Positions 47,300 through 57,287 of a stretch of DNA of 64,000 nt are shown here, in pieces; the first letter of the stretch is position 1; each line of letters starts with the position of its first letter. The stretch spans positions 10,912,001-10,976,000 of the forward strand of contig NC_047075.1 of the NCBI RefSeq assembly GCF_902459465.1, in the 5' to 3' direction. The position numbers and the translations under genes were made by a program. Source of the stretch: Asterias rubens (taxonomy: Eukaryota). The notes below the pieces were generated by a model. It worked only from the letters and a program-made list of their open reading frames with translations, did no database searches and was not told where the DNA came from.

Positions 47300-50200
47300 G
47301 GGGAATTCAGGTCTTTTAACTATAAATGAAATTCAAGTTTCATCATGATCAATAAGAGTGAACAGAGACGGATTCATAATGGAATTCTTATTGAGCCTTA
47401 AATCCATTTGAAACTTTAGGTAAACATTATTGTACAAAGGCCCACACTTCGTGTGTAACAACTTACAGTTTATATAAAATAACAAACCTGTGAAAATGTA
47501 GGCTCAATCAGTCATCGGAGTCGGGAGAAAATAACGGTAAAACTAACCCTTGTTTCCGCAAAACCGTAAATCTCGATATCGAGAATTGATATTGTTTGAA
47601 TGTTTTATCAAAAAGAAGAGCATTTCATGGAAAAGTAATTCAAGGTTTGAAGGTAACGATAGAAGAAAGCCTCCCTTAAAATATTTCTTGCTGAGGTGCT
47701 TTGTTTTTTTAGAAATGATTTCAGCAATGGCACAAAATTGAGTTTCGTTTTAGAAGGTTTGTGCCATAACGTCAACTCGCGGGACGTACGAAATCCTAAA
47801 ATGAACGTATGGTAACGTTCGGGCAATGTAACCTGAATGTTGATTGATCACCCGATTTTCTTACACCATACCTTACTGATTACATAAATGTAAAGCCATA
47901 CACATATTGTTTTTTGGGGATGATTTAATCTCCGGTACAACCGAGGTGCGCGGGCTGAAGGACTACAATCCCGGCCATATGTAAACCAACATTTTCCTCA
48001 AAGTGGATTCGTTAAGACAGGTTGTCGTAACTACCACATCTATATATTCCACAGGTGGGTTTTACCAGAGCAAAACTGGTCAGTATTCGAATGACGGTTT
48101 GATCTGTGAAGTATGAAAATATTCACTTAATACAGGGAAGGTACACGATTGCTAGTTACTCAAAACAAATAATAACTTAAAAACTTACTTGGTAACGAGC
48201 ACTGGAGAGCTGTTGATAGTATAAAACAGTGTGGGAAATGACTCCCTCTGAAGTAATTTAGTTTTTGAGAAAGAGGTAATTTCTCACTAAAATAATAACA
48301 AACTTCCAGCTAGAAGTATTTTATTATTATCTGAAAGCACACAAATTCGTCCAACAAGGGTGCTTTTTTCCTTCATCTTTTCTTTGCAACTTCGATGACC
48401 AATTTAAGTCTAAATTTTCACAGGATTGTTTTTTTATGGTTATGATGGGATACACCAAGTGAGACGACTGGTCTTTGACAATTACCAAAGTGTACCTTCC
48501 CTTTAACAATCGCAAATTTTGGTAAATTCACCACGAGTTTCAAGTGTACATATTCGCAAGAATATTCGCCAAAGTGGGAGAGCAGCATCAGTAATGTTCT
48601 AATGGCACATCTGTTTACTCCACAGGTGGGTTTTACCAAAGCAAAACTGGTCAGTATTCGAATGGCGATTTGAACTGTGAAACATGCAATAAAGGAACTT
48701 ACGTCTCGCCTGAAGCTTCACCTGGCACGAGAGCTGCTGATTGCAAGGTGTGTCCAACAGGGACAGATAAAAGTACCGCTGCAGGGTTCCGGGCTTGTCC
48801 GTGTGTGGACAACTATTACCGCACTGATCGGTTTGGCGAATGTCATCAGTGTCCCCACGAAGGGATCGACTGCTCCGGGGAATATCAACATCTTCGTCCG
48901 GGCTACTGGTGGACGTGGAACTGGAGCTCACAAGAAGACCAAATCTCGCAGGAAAACCACGATTCCTATATGAATTTTGTCAGCAATATAGGCATTATGA
49001 ACGACTCGTATGACAGAAGCACGCAGAGATTTAGCGGGAAGTTACCAAAGGTACACAAATGTCCACGCGACGACGTGTGTCCAAATGGTGGATTTGGTAT
49101 CGACTCAACTTGCAGTGAAGGTTACAAGGGCTGGCTGTGTTCTGAATGTGCAAACAAGTATTACTCTTGGCTTGGTCATTGTTTGGAATGTCCAGAGTGG
49201 CCGTTATTTGCTGTAGAAGTTTTCTGCATCTTGCTTGTTGTCTGCCTCATAGTCTGTTTCTTTGTGTGGGATGCATATAGAAGGCATCGTCGGAATGAAC
49301 GAAATATCGTGAGCGTCTTCTTAGCACGCGGGAAAATCGTAGTTGGTTTTTGCCAGGTCATGGGGGAAATATTCTCTGCTCTAGATGACATTCCTTGGCC
49401 AAAGAATTTGCAGACATTGGGCTCAGTCTTTAAGACAGTGGAGGTCAGCTTAGTTGGCTGGTTGATTAGTCCTCGATGCTTTATTCCGGATTTCACCTAC
49501 CACAATATTTACATTGAATTCTTGGTCGGTTTCAGCTTCATCATATTTGTTGTTCTGGTTGCTTTTTGTTACTATGTATTCAGAAAATATTACATAAGAG
49601 ACGCGCAAGGGTTGCCTGCGCACTGCAAAAATGATCTCAGTAAAAGTAAACGAAGATGTTTCCTTATTGTCGTCATTTTGCTCTTTCTGTCGTACCCAAG
49701 CGTATGCAGCGTTGTTATTACTCTGTTGCCGACTGGGTGTAAGCTGTTTTACATGGATGAGGATAAAGAACTCAACATCACCTTGCTGAGGTATGATTAC
49801 GCAATAGACTGTGAGAGCCCAGAACACAATGTTTACAACTATGCCGCCCAAACAGCTGTGGTGTACGTTGTGGGTTTCCCGCTCGGATTGTTCATTCTTC
49901 TGTGGTATAGTAAAAGAAAGACCACCAATGGAGAAGATCAAGCATCCGTTTCGAGTCAGGGTTCAGATCAAGTGTTGCCCGGTACCTCCAATGATGGGAT
50001 AGAGGATACAGAAACACCCGTGTCGAGTCAAAATTCGGGTCAAGTACTGCTTGTTGTCACCCATGATAAGACAGATGACTTTAATAACCTTGTCACAGAG
50101 TCAGGTGCGCACGTATTTCATGACACCTCAGAGCCAGATGCGAAAATTAGCTGGCAGAGTTTTCTGTGTGAAAACTACAAAGCCGAGTTCTGGTACTGGG

Positions 50201-50998
50201 AGATCATTGAACTTACCCGTAAGATCCTGCAGACGCTCTTCATACTGCTGTTCGGACCCGAGGACCACTTCACACTCTTCATGTCTGTCTTCTTGTCTGT
50301 CTTCTTTCTGCTCATCCACGCCTACCTGAAACCAATGAAGGATGCAGCTGAACAGCGGCTTCAGATGTGCTCGCTTGGTATCATCTTCATAAACATGCTG
50401 GCGGCGTCCTTGCTCCTCATGCCAAATGACGATGGGCCAATTGTAGATGATAGAAAGGGAACTCTTTCAACTGCGTTAGTTCTTCTTAATCTCAGCATTA
50501 TTGTTTTCGTTGCAAGTAAGTAAACAATTGGGTTTATCACAACTGCAGCTTTAATTTATTTCTGAAGCATATGTGTTGTTTTCTTGCATGAATGCCAAAT
50601 ACAAAACACACAAACAAACCGGTGACATAACAGAAATCTTGCCATTAAATAGATGTTGCAAGATGTGAGTTTGGTTCGCACACGAACCTCATATCGGTAA
50701 CAACCAGATATATCGGTTTTATTTAATACTAGCATGTTGCTCCATCCCACACTACACTCGCATGTTACAATGCCAATCCAAAAAAATCCATAAATAACTC
50801 ACACACATTTTGAAACGGCGTCATCAACATTTTACGATGTAAGGAGTGTGTGTGTACCCATAAGTTAGTTTGACGATAACATGAAAAGAAAGTGATCAAA
50901 AGGCGCTATGATATAGATTACAAGATCACTTATAATTGGCTACACGAGTCGCCAATTGATGAACATGATCTCTTGTCACTCCGATTTCACACTCGGTC

Positions 50999-51031
<33 letters not shown>

Positions 51032-51473
51032 AATACGTCCGTTTATGAGCCCCATTTTGACCAATAGAACTTCCTAAAGTCGCACACGCACACCCCGAAA
51101 CTTTGATTCTACAGAGAGTATATTGGCAAAAGAGGGAATGGCTTGTTGGGGGGGGGGGGGTGGCGCTGTGTACATAAACAAACTCAAAAAATATATGTAA
51201 AGGTTGTTTTTAAATTGTTCTACTATTGCACCATTCGTATGTTCTTGTATTTTAGTAAGCTCCGTCTGGACTGGCATCAAGACTCTTTCGAGACATGGAT
51301 GCTTTGCTTGTATAAGAAATTCATCGGTGCAGATGTATAGATGGTGCCGAAGACGCTACAAGAGAGAGCAAGATGGCTATCTGGACGACCAACACTTTTC
51401 ACTTTTTGACGAACAGGACGAGCAGACCAATGAAGGCCAAGACGCTTCATCAGTGGTTCCAGTAACTAATTAA
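17929..51473 (+). CDS. Gene A: LRR + TNFR/Eph-like Cys-rich + multipass membrane receptor; join(17929-17988,19077-19142,20957-21028,22841-22909,24289-24354,29725-29808,31744-31815,33118-33195,38429-38572,42403-42471,43048-43122,43357-43428,46468-46524,46690-46862,48626-50515,51256-51473), 5' exon not found
   Basis: All 16 exons have AG/GT boundaries and join into one open frame (3265 nt, ~1087 aa). LxxN-x-L LRR motifs; CxxCPxG repeats; CSEGYKGWLCSEC juxtamembrane motif; ~8-9 hydrophobic segments. Confidence 0.85.
18343..18717 (-). mobile_element. TTAA MITE, second subfamily
   Basis: TTAA AGCCATTGGAC ... GTGCGATTGCT TTAA; shares the TTTCACAGGTTTGTTATTTT core with the main family; partial inverted copy at ~47398-47670. 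Confidence 0.7.
19077..19142 (+). CDS. Gene A LRR exon (SAYDNQLQDIRMMMETGKLWKV)
   Basis: ttcaaag|..GT|gtaagt, 66 nt, phase 2/2. Confidence 0.75.
19963..20240 (+). mobile_element. tRNA-derived SINE (Nin/Deu-like)
   Basis: GCCGAGTG..AAG A-box, GTGACACTTGTGTCCTTGAGCAA, CACCCAGGGGTATAAATGG core, GCGCTATAA tail; homologous to 3219-3522. Confidence 0.75.
20266..20641. repeat. 128-bp inverted repeat pair each carrying a tRNA-like (AGA anticodon position) sequence
   Basis: 20266-20393 is a near-perfect reverse complement of 20514-20641. Cloverleaf-like 20564-20635 with intact D and T arms but weak acceptor and anticodon stems. Confidence 0.8.
20957..21028 (+). CDS. Gene A LRR exon (SFARNKLEVIRTDTFRNCNELAKV)
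   Basis: ccccag|..GT|gtaaga, 72 nt, canonical 24-aa LRR. Confidence 0.9.
21222..21580 (+). mobile_element. Kolobok-like MITE, right end lost
   Basis: TTAA AGACACTGGACAC start; body matches 868-1254. Confidence 0.8.
22841..22909 (+). CDS. Gene A LRR exon (WLNDNPGVELSPAAFGGRRFKSI)
   Basis: ttggcag|..AT|gtaatg, 69 nt. Confidence 0.8.
22937..23104. repeat. Near-perfect 168-bp palindromic MITE
   Basis: TTAGGGAATAACAGTGTTCGTACCC..GTTAACGGACC loop GGTCCGTTAAC..GGGTACGAACACTGTTATTCCTAA. Confidence 0.9.
24289..24354 (+). CDS. Gene A LRR exon (SLQGNHLTSIESYTLGGMLLTV)
   Basis: ttccag|..GT|gtgagt, 66 nt. Confidence 0.85.
25380..26140. repeat. 15-bp minisatellite (GTTGTTGCCTCCCCA)n with a higher-order ~90-bp repeat
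   Basis: Dozens of degenerate units; CTATCTTCCCCAGATGTTGTCTTCCTTG recurs at ~25737, ~25828 and ~25980. Confidence 0.9.
26295..27170. repeat. ~27-28-bp minisatellite (AGAAGCTATCGCTCCCAGAAGCTACCAG)n
   Basis: About 30 degenerate units directly visible. Confidence 0.9.
28646..29298. mobile_element. MITE with GGCCCAATTTCATA(G/A)AGC-type TIR (Harbinger-like)
   Basis: GGCCCAATTCTATAAAGC / GCTCTATGAAATTGGGC; internal GCTTAAGCA repeats. Confidence 0.55.
29725..29808 (+). CDS. Gene A LRR exon (RLPNNNLQELPDGLFSDQTDSERHVQRI)
   Basis: ttgtag|..AT|gtgagt, 84 nt. Confidence 0.85.
31744..31815 (+). CDS. Gene A LRR exon (DLANNQIRKVSPSTFKGLKEGMYL)
   Basis: ttacag|..TT|gtaagt, 72 nt, canonical LRR. Confidence 0.9.
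31862..32000 (+). mobile_element. Truncated tRNA-derived SINE of a second family
   Basis: GCGCTCGCCTCTCACCAAGGTGACCCCGGTTCGATACTCGGC head followed by ATGTGAGTTGAGTTGTG..GGTTCTC..GAGGGTTTTCC body. Confidence 0.5.
32290..32635 (+). mobile_element. Penelope-like terminal fragment
   Basis: CCTGACGATGACTACAGCAAGCTATAGTCGAAACG resembles the PLE pseudo-LTR signature; related GTTACCGCAAAC segment at 9200-9330. No ORF. Confidence 0.3.
33118..33195 (+). CDS. Gene A LRR exon (LLAANKLNDESLPNDLLVNFTLNTLI)
   Basis: tttcag|..AT|gtaagt, 78 nt. Confidence 0.85.
33790..35006. mobile_element. Helentron/HINE-like non-autonomous element: two ~330-bp internal tandem units plus 5 terminal hairpin units
   Basis: Units at 34043 and 34373 (AAGCTCAAAAGTTG..GAAGGCGAACTTTGACCC); TGTTCGGC-TGTTG-GCCGAACA hairpin repeated 5 times at 34750-35006. 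Confidence 0.5.
35435..38103 (+). mobile_element. Decayed RTE-clade LINE (APE endonuclease + reverse transcriptase)
   Basis: YAPT..GDLNA..LDHMLT (EN); GPDGIP, YRPITLLSVPGK, DIKAAFDSVDR, GVRQ.CVLAPALF, YGSETW (RT); frameshifts and stops; (TGA)n tail at 38090-38103. Confidence 0.9.
38429..38572 (+). CDS. Gene A double-LRR exon (DLSMNELTKFP..LYLQRNHITALDETMFKGLHSLASL)
   Basis: atacag|..CT|gtaagt, 144 nt = two 24-aa LRRs. Confidence 0.9.
38815..42170 (-). mobile_element. Decayed L2/CR1-group LINE
   Basis: RT ORF 40273-39248 (LDLSAAFDTVDH, VPQGSVLGP, YADDIQLY, SRLDNGNALL); EN remnant VIVYRP..TGDFNIHVD; upstream YY..TF.L...GDI.*SPGP motif; AT microsatellite near the 3' end. Confidence 0.9.
42403..42471 (+). 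CDS. Gene A LRR exon (YIYQNPIIQMADFQFFETTLEFL)
   Basis: ttgcag|..CT|gtaagt, 69 nt. Confidence 0.85.
43048..43122 (+). CDS. Gene A LRR exon (LMFQCDLSEVGMRPFATKGDTIKQI)
   Basis: ttgtag|..AT|gtgagt, 75 nt; Cys at the LRR Asn position. Confidence 0.8.
43357..43428 (+). CDS. Gene A LRR exon (LLHGNPIEHISDTVWRDLRHDCYV)
   Basis: gattag|..GT|gtaagt, 72 nt. Confidence 0.85.
43822..46020. mobile_element. Composite repeat: two GGCCCTGTCACAC termini (Harbinger-like) plus an inverted copy of 6130-7620
   Basis: GGCCCTGTCACAC at ~43830 and ~44104; GCTACGCTTACGTT arrays; 45290-46020 is the reverse complement of 6135-6900. Confidence 0.55.
46468..46524 (+). CDS. Gene A short LRR-like exon (SVDNSLQEAPQTNRTDITI)
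   Basis: ttttag|..AT|gtaagt, 57 nt. Confidence 0.75.
46690..46862 (+). CDS. Gene A linker + first Cys-rich repeat exon (..CRPCHQGTFGSQSGCSPCPPG)
   Basis: tcgcag|..G|gtgagt, 173 nt, phase 2/1. Confidence 0.9.
48055..48116 (+). pseudogene. Duplicated acceptor + first 20 codons of the large exon, ending in TGA
   Basis: ccacag|GT GGG TTT TAC CAG AGC AAA ACT GGT CAG TAT TCG AAT..GAA GTA TGA vs 48626 copy ..GAA ACA TGC; 7 differences in 62 nt. Confidence 0.85.
48131..48506 (-). mobile_element. Kolobok-like MITE between the two acceptor copies
   Basis: TIR AGGGAAGGTACAC / GTGTACCTTCCCT TTAA; body homologous to the main MITE family. Confidence 0.8.
48626..50515 (+). CDS. Gene A large exon: Cys-rich repeats + multipass TM domain
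   Basis: ccacag|GTGGG..GCAA|gtaagt, 1890 nt uninterrupted ORF (track 48670-50523); ENYKAEFWYWEIIELTRK motif. Confidence 0.95.
51256..51473 (+). CDS. Gene A terminal exon (ISSVWTG..CRRRYKREQDGYLDD..VPVTN*)
   Basis: ttttag|TA completes the phase-1 codon; basic then acidic cytoplasmic tail; in frame with track ORF 51204-51473. Confidence 0.8.
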
Positions 51474-51949
51474 CTATTCTTGGCCTGACAGTGAAGTTAG
51501 AAGCTAAAATTAATATAAATTTAGATGCTAGGCTGCCGGACCAGTTTATTGGGTAGTGAATAACACTGTAATATATTGCTATATTTGGTTAGTTGTTTCA
51601 TAAGAAGGCTAATGCAAGATCTTAAACAAAAATCAAAGCTAAATGGATGTTTTGTTCGAGGCTGATGATTTAATAGGGCAAGTCGTATTTTGTATTAAAA
51701 ACCAAGTTTGGATTAGATTTTTGTTCAGACACTTTGTATGGTATTTAGGGGCGTTTATTTTTTTGCCATACTTTGTAGTTGCCCTTTTTTGGCAATCTAA
51801 AAGTACAACGGACATGCTTTCTTTCAAACTCAGAGAAGGCAAAACCTTCTATCATCGCTATAACGGAATGATAACTATTTCAAACTCCCTCAACTCTTGA
51901 CACGTAATTCATGTTATTCAAAATATTTAAAATGTATACCCAATTCAAT

Positions 51950-52290
51950 TTAAAAACACTGGACACTTATGGTAACTGTAGAGACCAGTCTTCTCACAAA
52001 ATAACAAACTAGTGAAAACTTGAACTCAATTAGTCGTCGAATTTGCGAGATTTTATAATGGATGAATAACATTATTGTCACACGAAGTTGTGTGTTTTCG
52101 AATGCTTGATTTCGGGACCTCAAAATCGAATTATGAGGTCTCAAAATCAAAATCAACTTATTAAGTGGAAAATTACACACTCTTTTCCCTGAAAACTACA
52201 TTAATTCAGCGGGAGCCATTTCTCACAATCAACAGCTTTCCATTGCTTGTTACCAAGTAAGTTTTTATGCTAACAGTTATTTTGAGTAAT
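51950..52290 (+). mobile_element. Diverged TTAA MITE
   Basis: AAACACTGGACACTTATGG..GACCAGTCTTCTCAC..GTCACACGAAGTTGTGTG. Confidence 0.7.
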
Positions 52291-52393
52291 CACAAGAACT
52301 CACCCAGCCCTGTGCAAATGTTTTAGAAAATTGCGTGAAAGCATTGTTTACAAATAGGAACTTAACTCGAAGTCGTTAGAGTAACTGCAATTA

Positions 52394-52774
52394 TTAAAGG
52401 AACATTACACAATTGGTTTTGCTAACAAAACAGTTGCTGGCAGTGTAAGCAATCTATGTAATCACCATATTATACATAAACTGACAAACCTGTAGAAGTT
52501 TGATATCGATCAGCCTGTTGGGTCACGAGAAAATAGTGAAAAAACGATTACACATTAAACCTGTATGACATCGATGGAAGAAACAAAATGAATAAAACAC
52601 TCACTAAGCGATAAACTCCAAACGCGAAATTAGATTCTCACTAAATATGACATTTCAGTCATATATATTTCAAAGGATGCTTTCTACTATCATCATAATT
52701 AGACCGTGTGAGTTTGACGTAAATCTGTGAACTTCTCGATGTTGTTTCTTACAAATTCTGTAACGTTCCTTTAA
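52394..52774. mobile_element. TTAA MITE, third TIR type
   Basis: TTAA AGGAACATTAC ... GTAACGTTCCT TTAA. Confidence 0.75.
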
Positions 52775-52944
52775 GCCAACATCTTTCTTGTAAATTTAGA
52801 TAACATGGGAATCATGTTGCATCCTGCTGCATCCGCATACCCTAAATCCATCTGGCTTTCATATTGATGTGTCGCTCCCCAGTTAGCTAAAATCACAGTG
52901 AAGTATAATTCACTTTTTTTTTCCCATTGTGCTTTTTAACACAA

Positions 52945-53325
52945 GGTGTGAAACGAATGCTTTCAGATTCGCTTTAACTGAAAAAAGAAAAGTTCAGGGG
53001 GGAGATGTACGGAGCTGTCTATTTTTGGAACGCACTCGAGTTATAATAATGATTTACTTGATATTACTGTTGAGGGTGTATTGCATTATGTGCTTTAAAA
53101 GAGCTGTGTATTACTGTTATGAATATTTTGTCTAACATAGGTGTGAAACGGTTGCTATAGGATTCGCTCTAACTGTTGAAACGGGGAAAACAACCGTTTG
53201 GGTAACCTGAACCGAACTATGCATGTTTGGAACGCGCACGAATAAAATAATGATTTACTTGATATAAACTGTTAAGGGTGTATTGTATAAGCGCTTTAAA
53301 AGAGCTGTGTATTACTGTTAATAAT
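52945..53325. repeat. ~195-bp tandem duplication x2
   Basis: GGTGTGAAACG at 52945 and 53139; ATAATGATTTACTTGATA..GCTTTAAAAGAGCTGTGTATTACTGTTA in both copies. Confidence 0.75.
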
Positions 53326-53444
53326 TGTATTAGTATGATTTTATAGGTACTAAGTTTTGTAAAATCGTTAACAACGTTTTTTGGGCAGTATGTCTTTGTT
53401 TGTAAAAAATGTACTCTCTTTAGATGGTATAATCTTGTTAAATT

Positions 53445-53790
53445 ACTTTGAACACTTTTGGTATTGTTAAAGACCAGTCTTCTCAACATGGACAAAATAA
53501 GAAACCTGTGAAAGTTTGAACTCAATTGGTTGTCGAAGTTGCGAGATAATAATGGAAAGAAAAACGAACTTGTCGCACGAAGTTATGTGATTCCAGATGT
53601 TTGATTCCGGGACCTCAAAATCTAATTCTGGGGTCTCGAAATCAAATTCTTTGAAAATTACTTCCTTGTCGAAAACTTTGTTACTTCAGAGGGGGCCGTT
53701 TCTCAATTCTGTTTTACTATTAAAGGCAGTAGACGCTATTGGTTATTACTCAACATAGTTTTAGCATAAAACCATTACTGGTAACGATAA
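53445..53790 (+). mobile_element. Diverged TTAA MITE copy plus an adjacent second fragment
   Basis: Core matches 868-1254; new TTAA AGGCAGTAGAC start at ~53720. Confidence 0.65.
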
Positions 53791-54147
53791 TGGGGAGAGG
53801 CTGATAGATACACTTTGTTTTCTTTACATGTTATATTGTGTTGACTGTTTAATTCTTTACGATAATTGACATGCATTGTCAAAAGTTTACCTATATTGTG
53901 TATAGGGTTGTTATTAATTGGTATGGAAACGAAGAGCTGTTCTTGTATGGACACGAAGAGCTATTCTTGTTTGAAAATGTTGTAAAAAGGTATTAATTTA
54001 GTGGAATTATTCATTGAGACTTTGACCGCCGAAAATGGTTTCGGTAGCAATATTTGTGGTAAAATGCTTTTCTGAAAAAAAAGGGGAAAACAACAAACAG
54101 CAGCTTGATTTAAAGCGACTCTAGACAAGTTCAGAATACTCGCACCT

Positions 54148-54562
54148 CAACCATAGACCTTTCCAAACTACAGAGCCAGTTCCCGGTAAATACACTTCCA
54201 GGAAAATCCCTGGAGTGTTTTCCCTAACCACCACCCCAGCAACCATTCTCATTATCCAAACTTGGTAACTGAGGGGAGAACTATTTCATGGACTTTTGAC
54301 ACTTATAACCAAACCCAAGGAAATGTGGTAAACATGTTAGCCCATGCGAAGAATAGGGTAAGTTATACCCGCTTTTGTTCTCACCAGCTGTTTTCCCCGA
54401 AATAAAAAGTTACACCGGGGTTAACCCCCTTAACCCCACCCCTGTGCAAGGTTAATTATTTTCCGGGGAAAAATTAACATCTGAGATTTATTTGTAGTGT
54501 GAAAATATCGACCAAAAGTTCCCGGTTATTTCCAAGGGAATAACTATAGTGTGAAAAGGGCT
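54148..54562. mobile_element. Old MITE with AGCCCTTTTCACACTATAG-like TIR
   Basis: AGACCTTTCCAAACTACAG vs the reverse complement of CTATAGTGTGAAAAGGGCT; internal CCCGG/GGTTAACCCC motifs. Confidence 0.4.
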
Positions 54563-56009
54563 GATGAAAACAAAACACATACCGGATACAACTTGAAAAA
54601 CGCACCATCCACTCCTAGTCCTAAGGTATCGGACGCAGCGTTGTAATAATTGTGGTGGTTTTAATTTGAAGTGTTGTTTTGTATTAGTTATTTTGTTTAA
54701 CTAAGTTTTGTAAAGGTTATTATGTAATGCATAATAACTGAGATAAAAACATTTTTTTTTTCTTTCTGCGGGGTCTTCTTTTTGGTTTTATTAAAAACAA
54801 ATTTACTCGTTTAAATGTAATACAATAACTACCTGTGTCGGTTAAATGTTATCGCTGCTTTTGCGTTTTAATTAAAGCTACAAAAGCAAGCACAACTTTG
54901 TTTAAAAAAAAATGTTTCGTTCTTAATTCCGTAGGTTTTGACTTATACAAAGTATGACGACCCACTGTGACACAACCGAACTCTTTATTTTATACGCAAT
55001 ATAACCAATTAATCGTTTATGTAATGGTCATCGGTAGAAACATCAACACTTTTTATTAAACTACGTTCTTTCTATATGTTCATCACACTTGCTGTCTAAA
55101 ACGGGCAGATAGTGATTTGTCAACTAATCCAACATTATATGGGCAGGATAACAAGTTTCTGTATGCAATTTCTTAATCATGAGACATTCATTTATTCAAG
55201 CTCTGCTTCCTGTTTTCAAGTTTAAGTTAGACAACCCCCGTTATATATTTGGCACTTATCTGGGACACTAGGTGGTAGCAGACTACCAGCTAGCCTGAAC
55301 ATCTAACGTCACACTTCGAGGCTCGTGAATAACGCCAGAGACCGGCATCCAAAACAGGCGTGTAGATTCACCTTTGACATCAGTCATTTCATACGCAGTC
55401 AAATTCTATTGCGGACTTGACAGCAGTGACTGTTTGGGCATTTCTTGTTGTATATCACTGCACATTTATGATATCATTGTTTCCAATGGAATCACTGGAT
55501 CTAGCGGCAGGGACCTGTTTTATCCTTGCGGATAAAAGACAGTGGCCCAGTCTAACTACCAGCAGGCAATGGGGACTTTTGGGACGCTTGGTGGCAGCAG
55601 ACTTACCAGGCAAAATCCATTGTTCTCGGTTGTTTGCGCGTGCTTAGAACTACGTCAACAATGGAAAGTCTGCTGATACCTAGCGTCTCAAACACAGGGA
55701 CTATTTACCAATCATTCAGGGCAATGCAATAACCTTTTCCGAGTGTTTACTGTGAACGATGTAAATTTTCCCCTTTTCTGTCCGTTTAACATGCATAGGC
55801 CTACAACAAAAACCAATGATTTGTATTGATTTTTATTGATTGAACATCACGTACAATGCTATTTGTTTTTCGTTGCTACAATGTGCGTGTGTTACATTTT
55901 TATTATCACACGCGCGGCCGAGTTAGATGTGGGGCGCAGACGCACTATTTTTTTTCGTGTTCCCCTCGCACTTGTGTGATAACTTATAATTTCGTCGAAC
56001 GGGATTCGG

Positions 56010-56200
56010 GATTCACGGCCCACAACCGCCCATACTTTCCTGCAGGGAACACATGCAACCTGACCCGATTTGTAGATGTTTCGCTGCATCCAGCATGCAG
56101 CAATACACCTAGTCGGCATTGCCGGAAAAATGAAAAAAAAAAAAAAAATAAAAAAAAAAAAAAAAAAATACAAAATCGAAACGTAAAAAATTCGAAACGT
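56010..56200 (-). pseudogene. Second THAP remnant (N-terminal half)
   Basis: ATG at 56119: MPTRCIAA, then after a 4-nt insertion GCSETSTNRVRLHVFPAGKYGRLWAV; homologous to 1590-1750. Confidence 0.65.
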
Positions 56201-56362
56201 ACAAACTCACGATTTCCTGTTTTGGGGGTCCAATGTTATTAAACTTTGAGACTGGAATTGGACTGTATTAACATAATGATAAACCGGGTAATATTTTACG
56301 AGTTTTTTTTCACCGCATTATTGAGTTTAGAATTCACTGCTGAACTAAATGTATAAACGAAA

Positions 56363-57244
56363 GGGTCTTCCGTTATGGTCCGAAGATTCAATACTCCGGA
56401 AGGTTCGATAGTCATAACGCAAAATTTTTCCATAACAGGGGGTTCATTGGTACGAAAATGAAACAAGGTTCGTTAATCCGAACATTTAATACGACAGTCC
56501 GAAGGTTCATTAGTCCGAAGGTTCATTGATCCAAAGGTTCACTGATCCGAAAGGTCCAATAGTCCGAATCGACAATTGAACCTTATTGTCAATTCGTACT
56601 ATCGGACCTTCGGACTATCGAACCTTTTGGACTATTGAAGACTCGGACGAAGGAACCTACGGACAAACGAACCTTCTGACAAACGAACCTTCGGACTAAC
56701 GAACCTTCGGACTAACAAACCTTCGGACCATCGAACCTTCGGACTATGGAGCTGTAACCGGGGTCTGCCCGATAGTCCGAAGGTCCGTTAGTCCGAAGGT
56801 GCAATAGTCCGAAAGTTTGATAGTCCGAACGCGCAAATTGTCTTTAAGAGGGGGTTCATTAGTCCGAAAATGTAATAGGGTTCGTTAATCCGAACATATG
56901 ATACGATAGTTCGAAGGTTCATTAGTCCGAAGGTTCATCGATCGGAAGGTTTACTGGTCCGAAGGTTCGGTAGTCCGAAACAAAAACGAGGTTCAACAGT
57001 CCGAAGGTTCATTATTCCGAATCGACGAGAAGGTTCGGTAGTCCGAATCGACGATAAGGTTCAATAGTCCAAATTGACAATAAGGTTCGATAGTCCCAAT
57101 GACAATCAGGTTCGATAGTCTGAATTGACAATAAGGTTCGATAGTCCAAACTGACAATAAGGTTCGAAAGTCCGAATCGATAATAAGGTTTGAAAGACGC
57201 ACACCGTAGGGAAATTTAAATAAGAAGTTCGTTTTGTTCATAGA

Positions 57245-57287
<43 letters not shown>

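Noticed and set aside
48626-50515. Assignment to LGR/RXFP/glycoprotein-hormone receptor or TLR, or any gene symbol
   Set aside because: No class A motifs, no TIR domain, more than 7 hydrophobic segments, and TNFR/Eph-like repeats in place of a hinge region.
51643-51900. Hydrophobic 85-aa ORF just after gene A's stop
   Set aside because: T-rich 3'UTR-like sequence, no recognisable motif or splice context.
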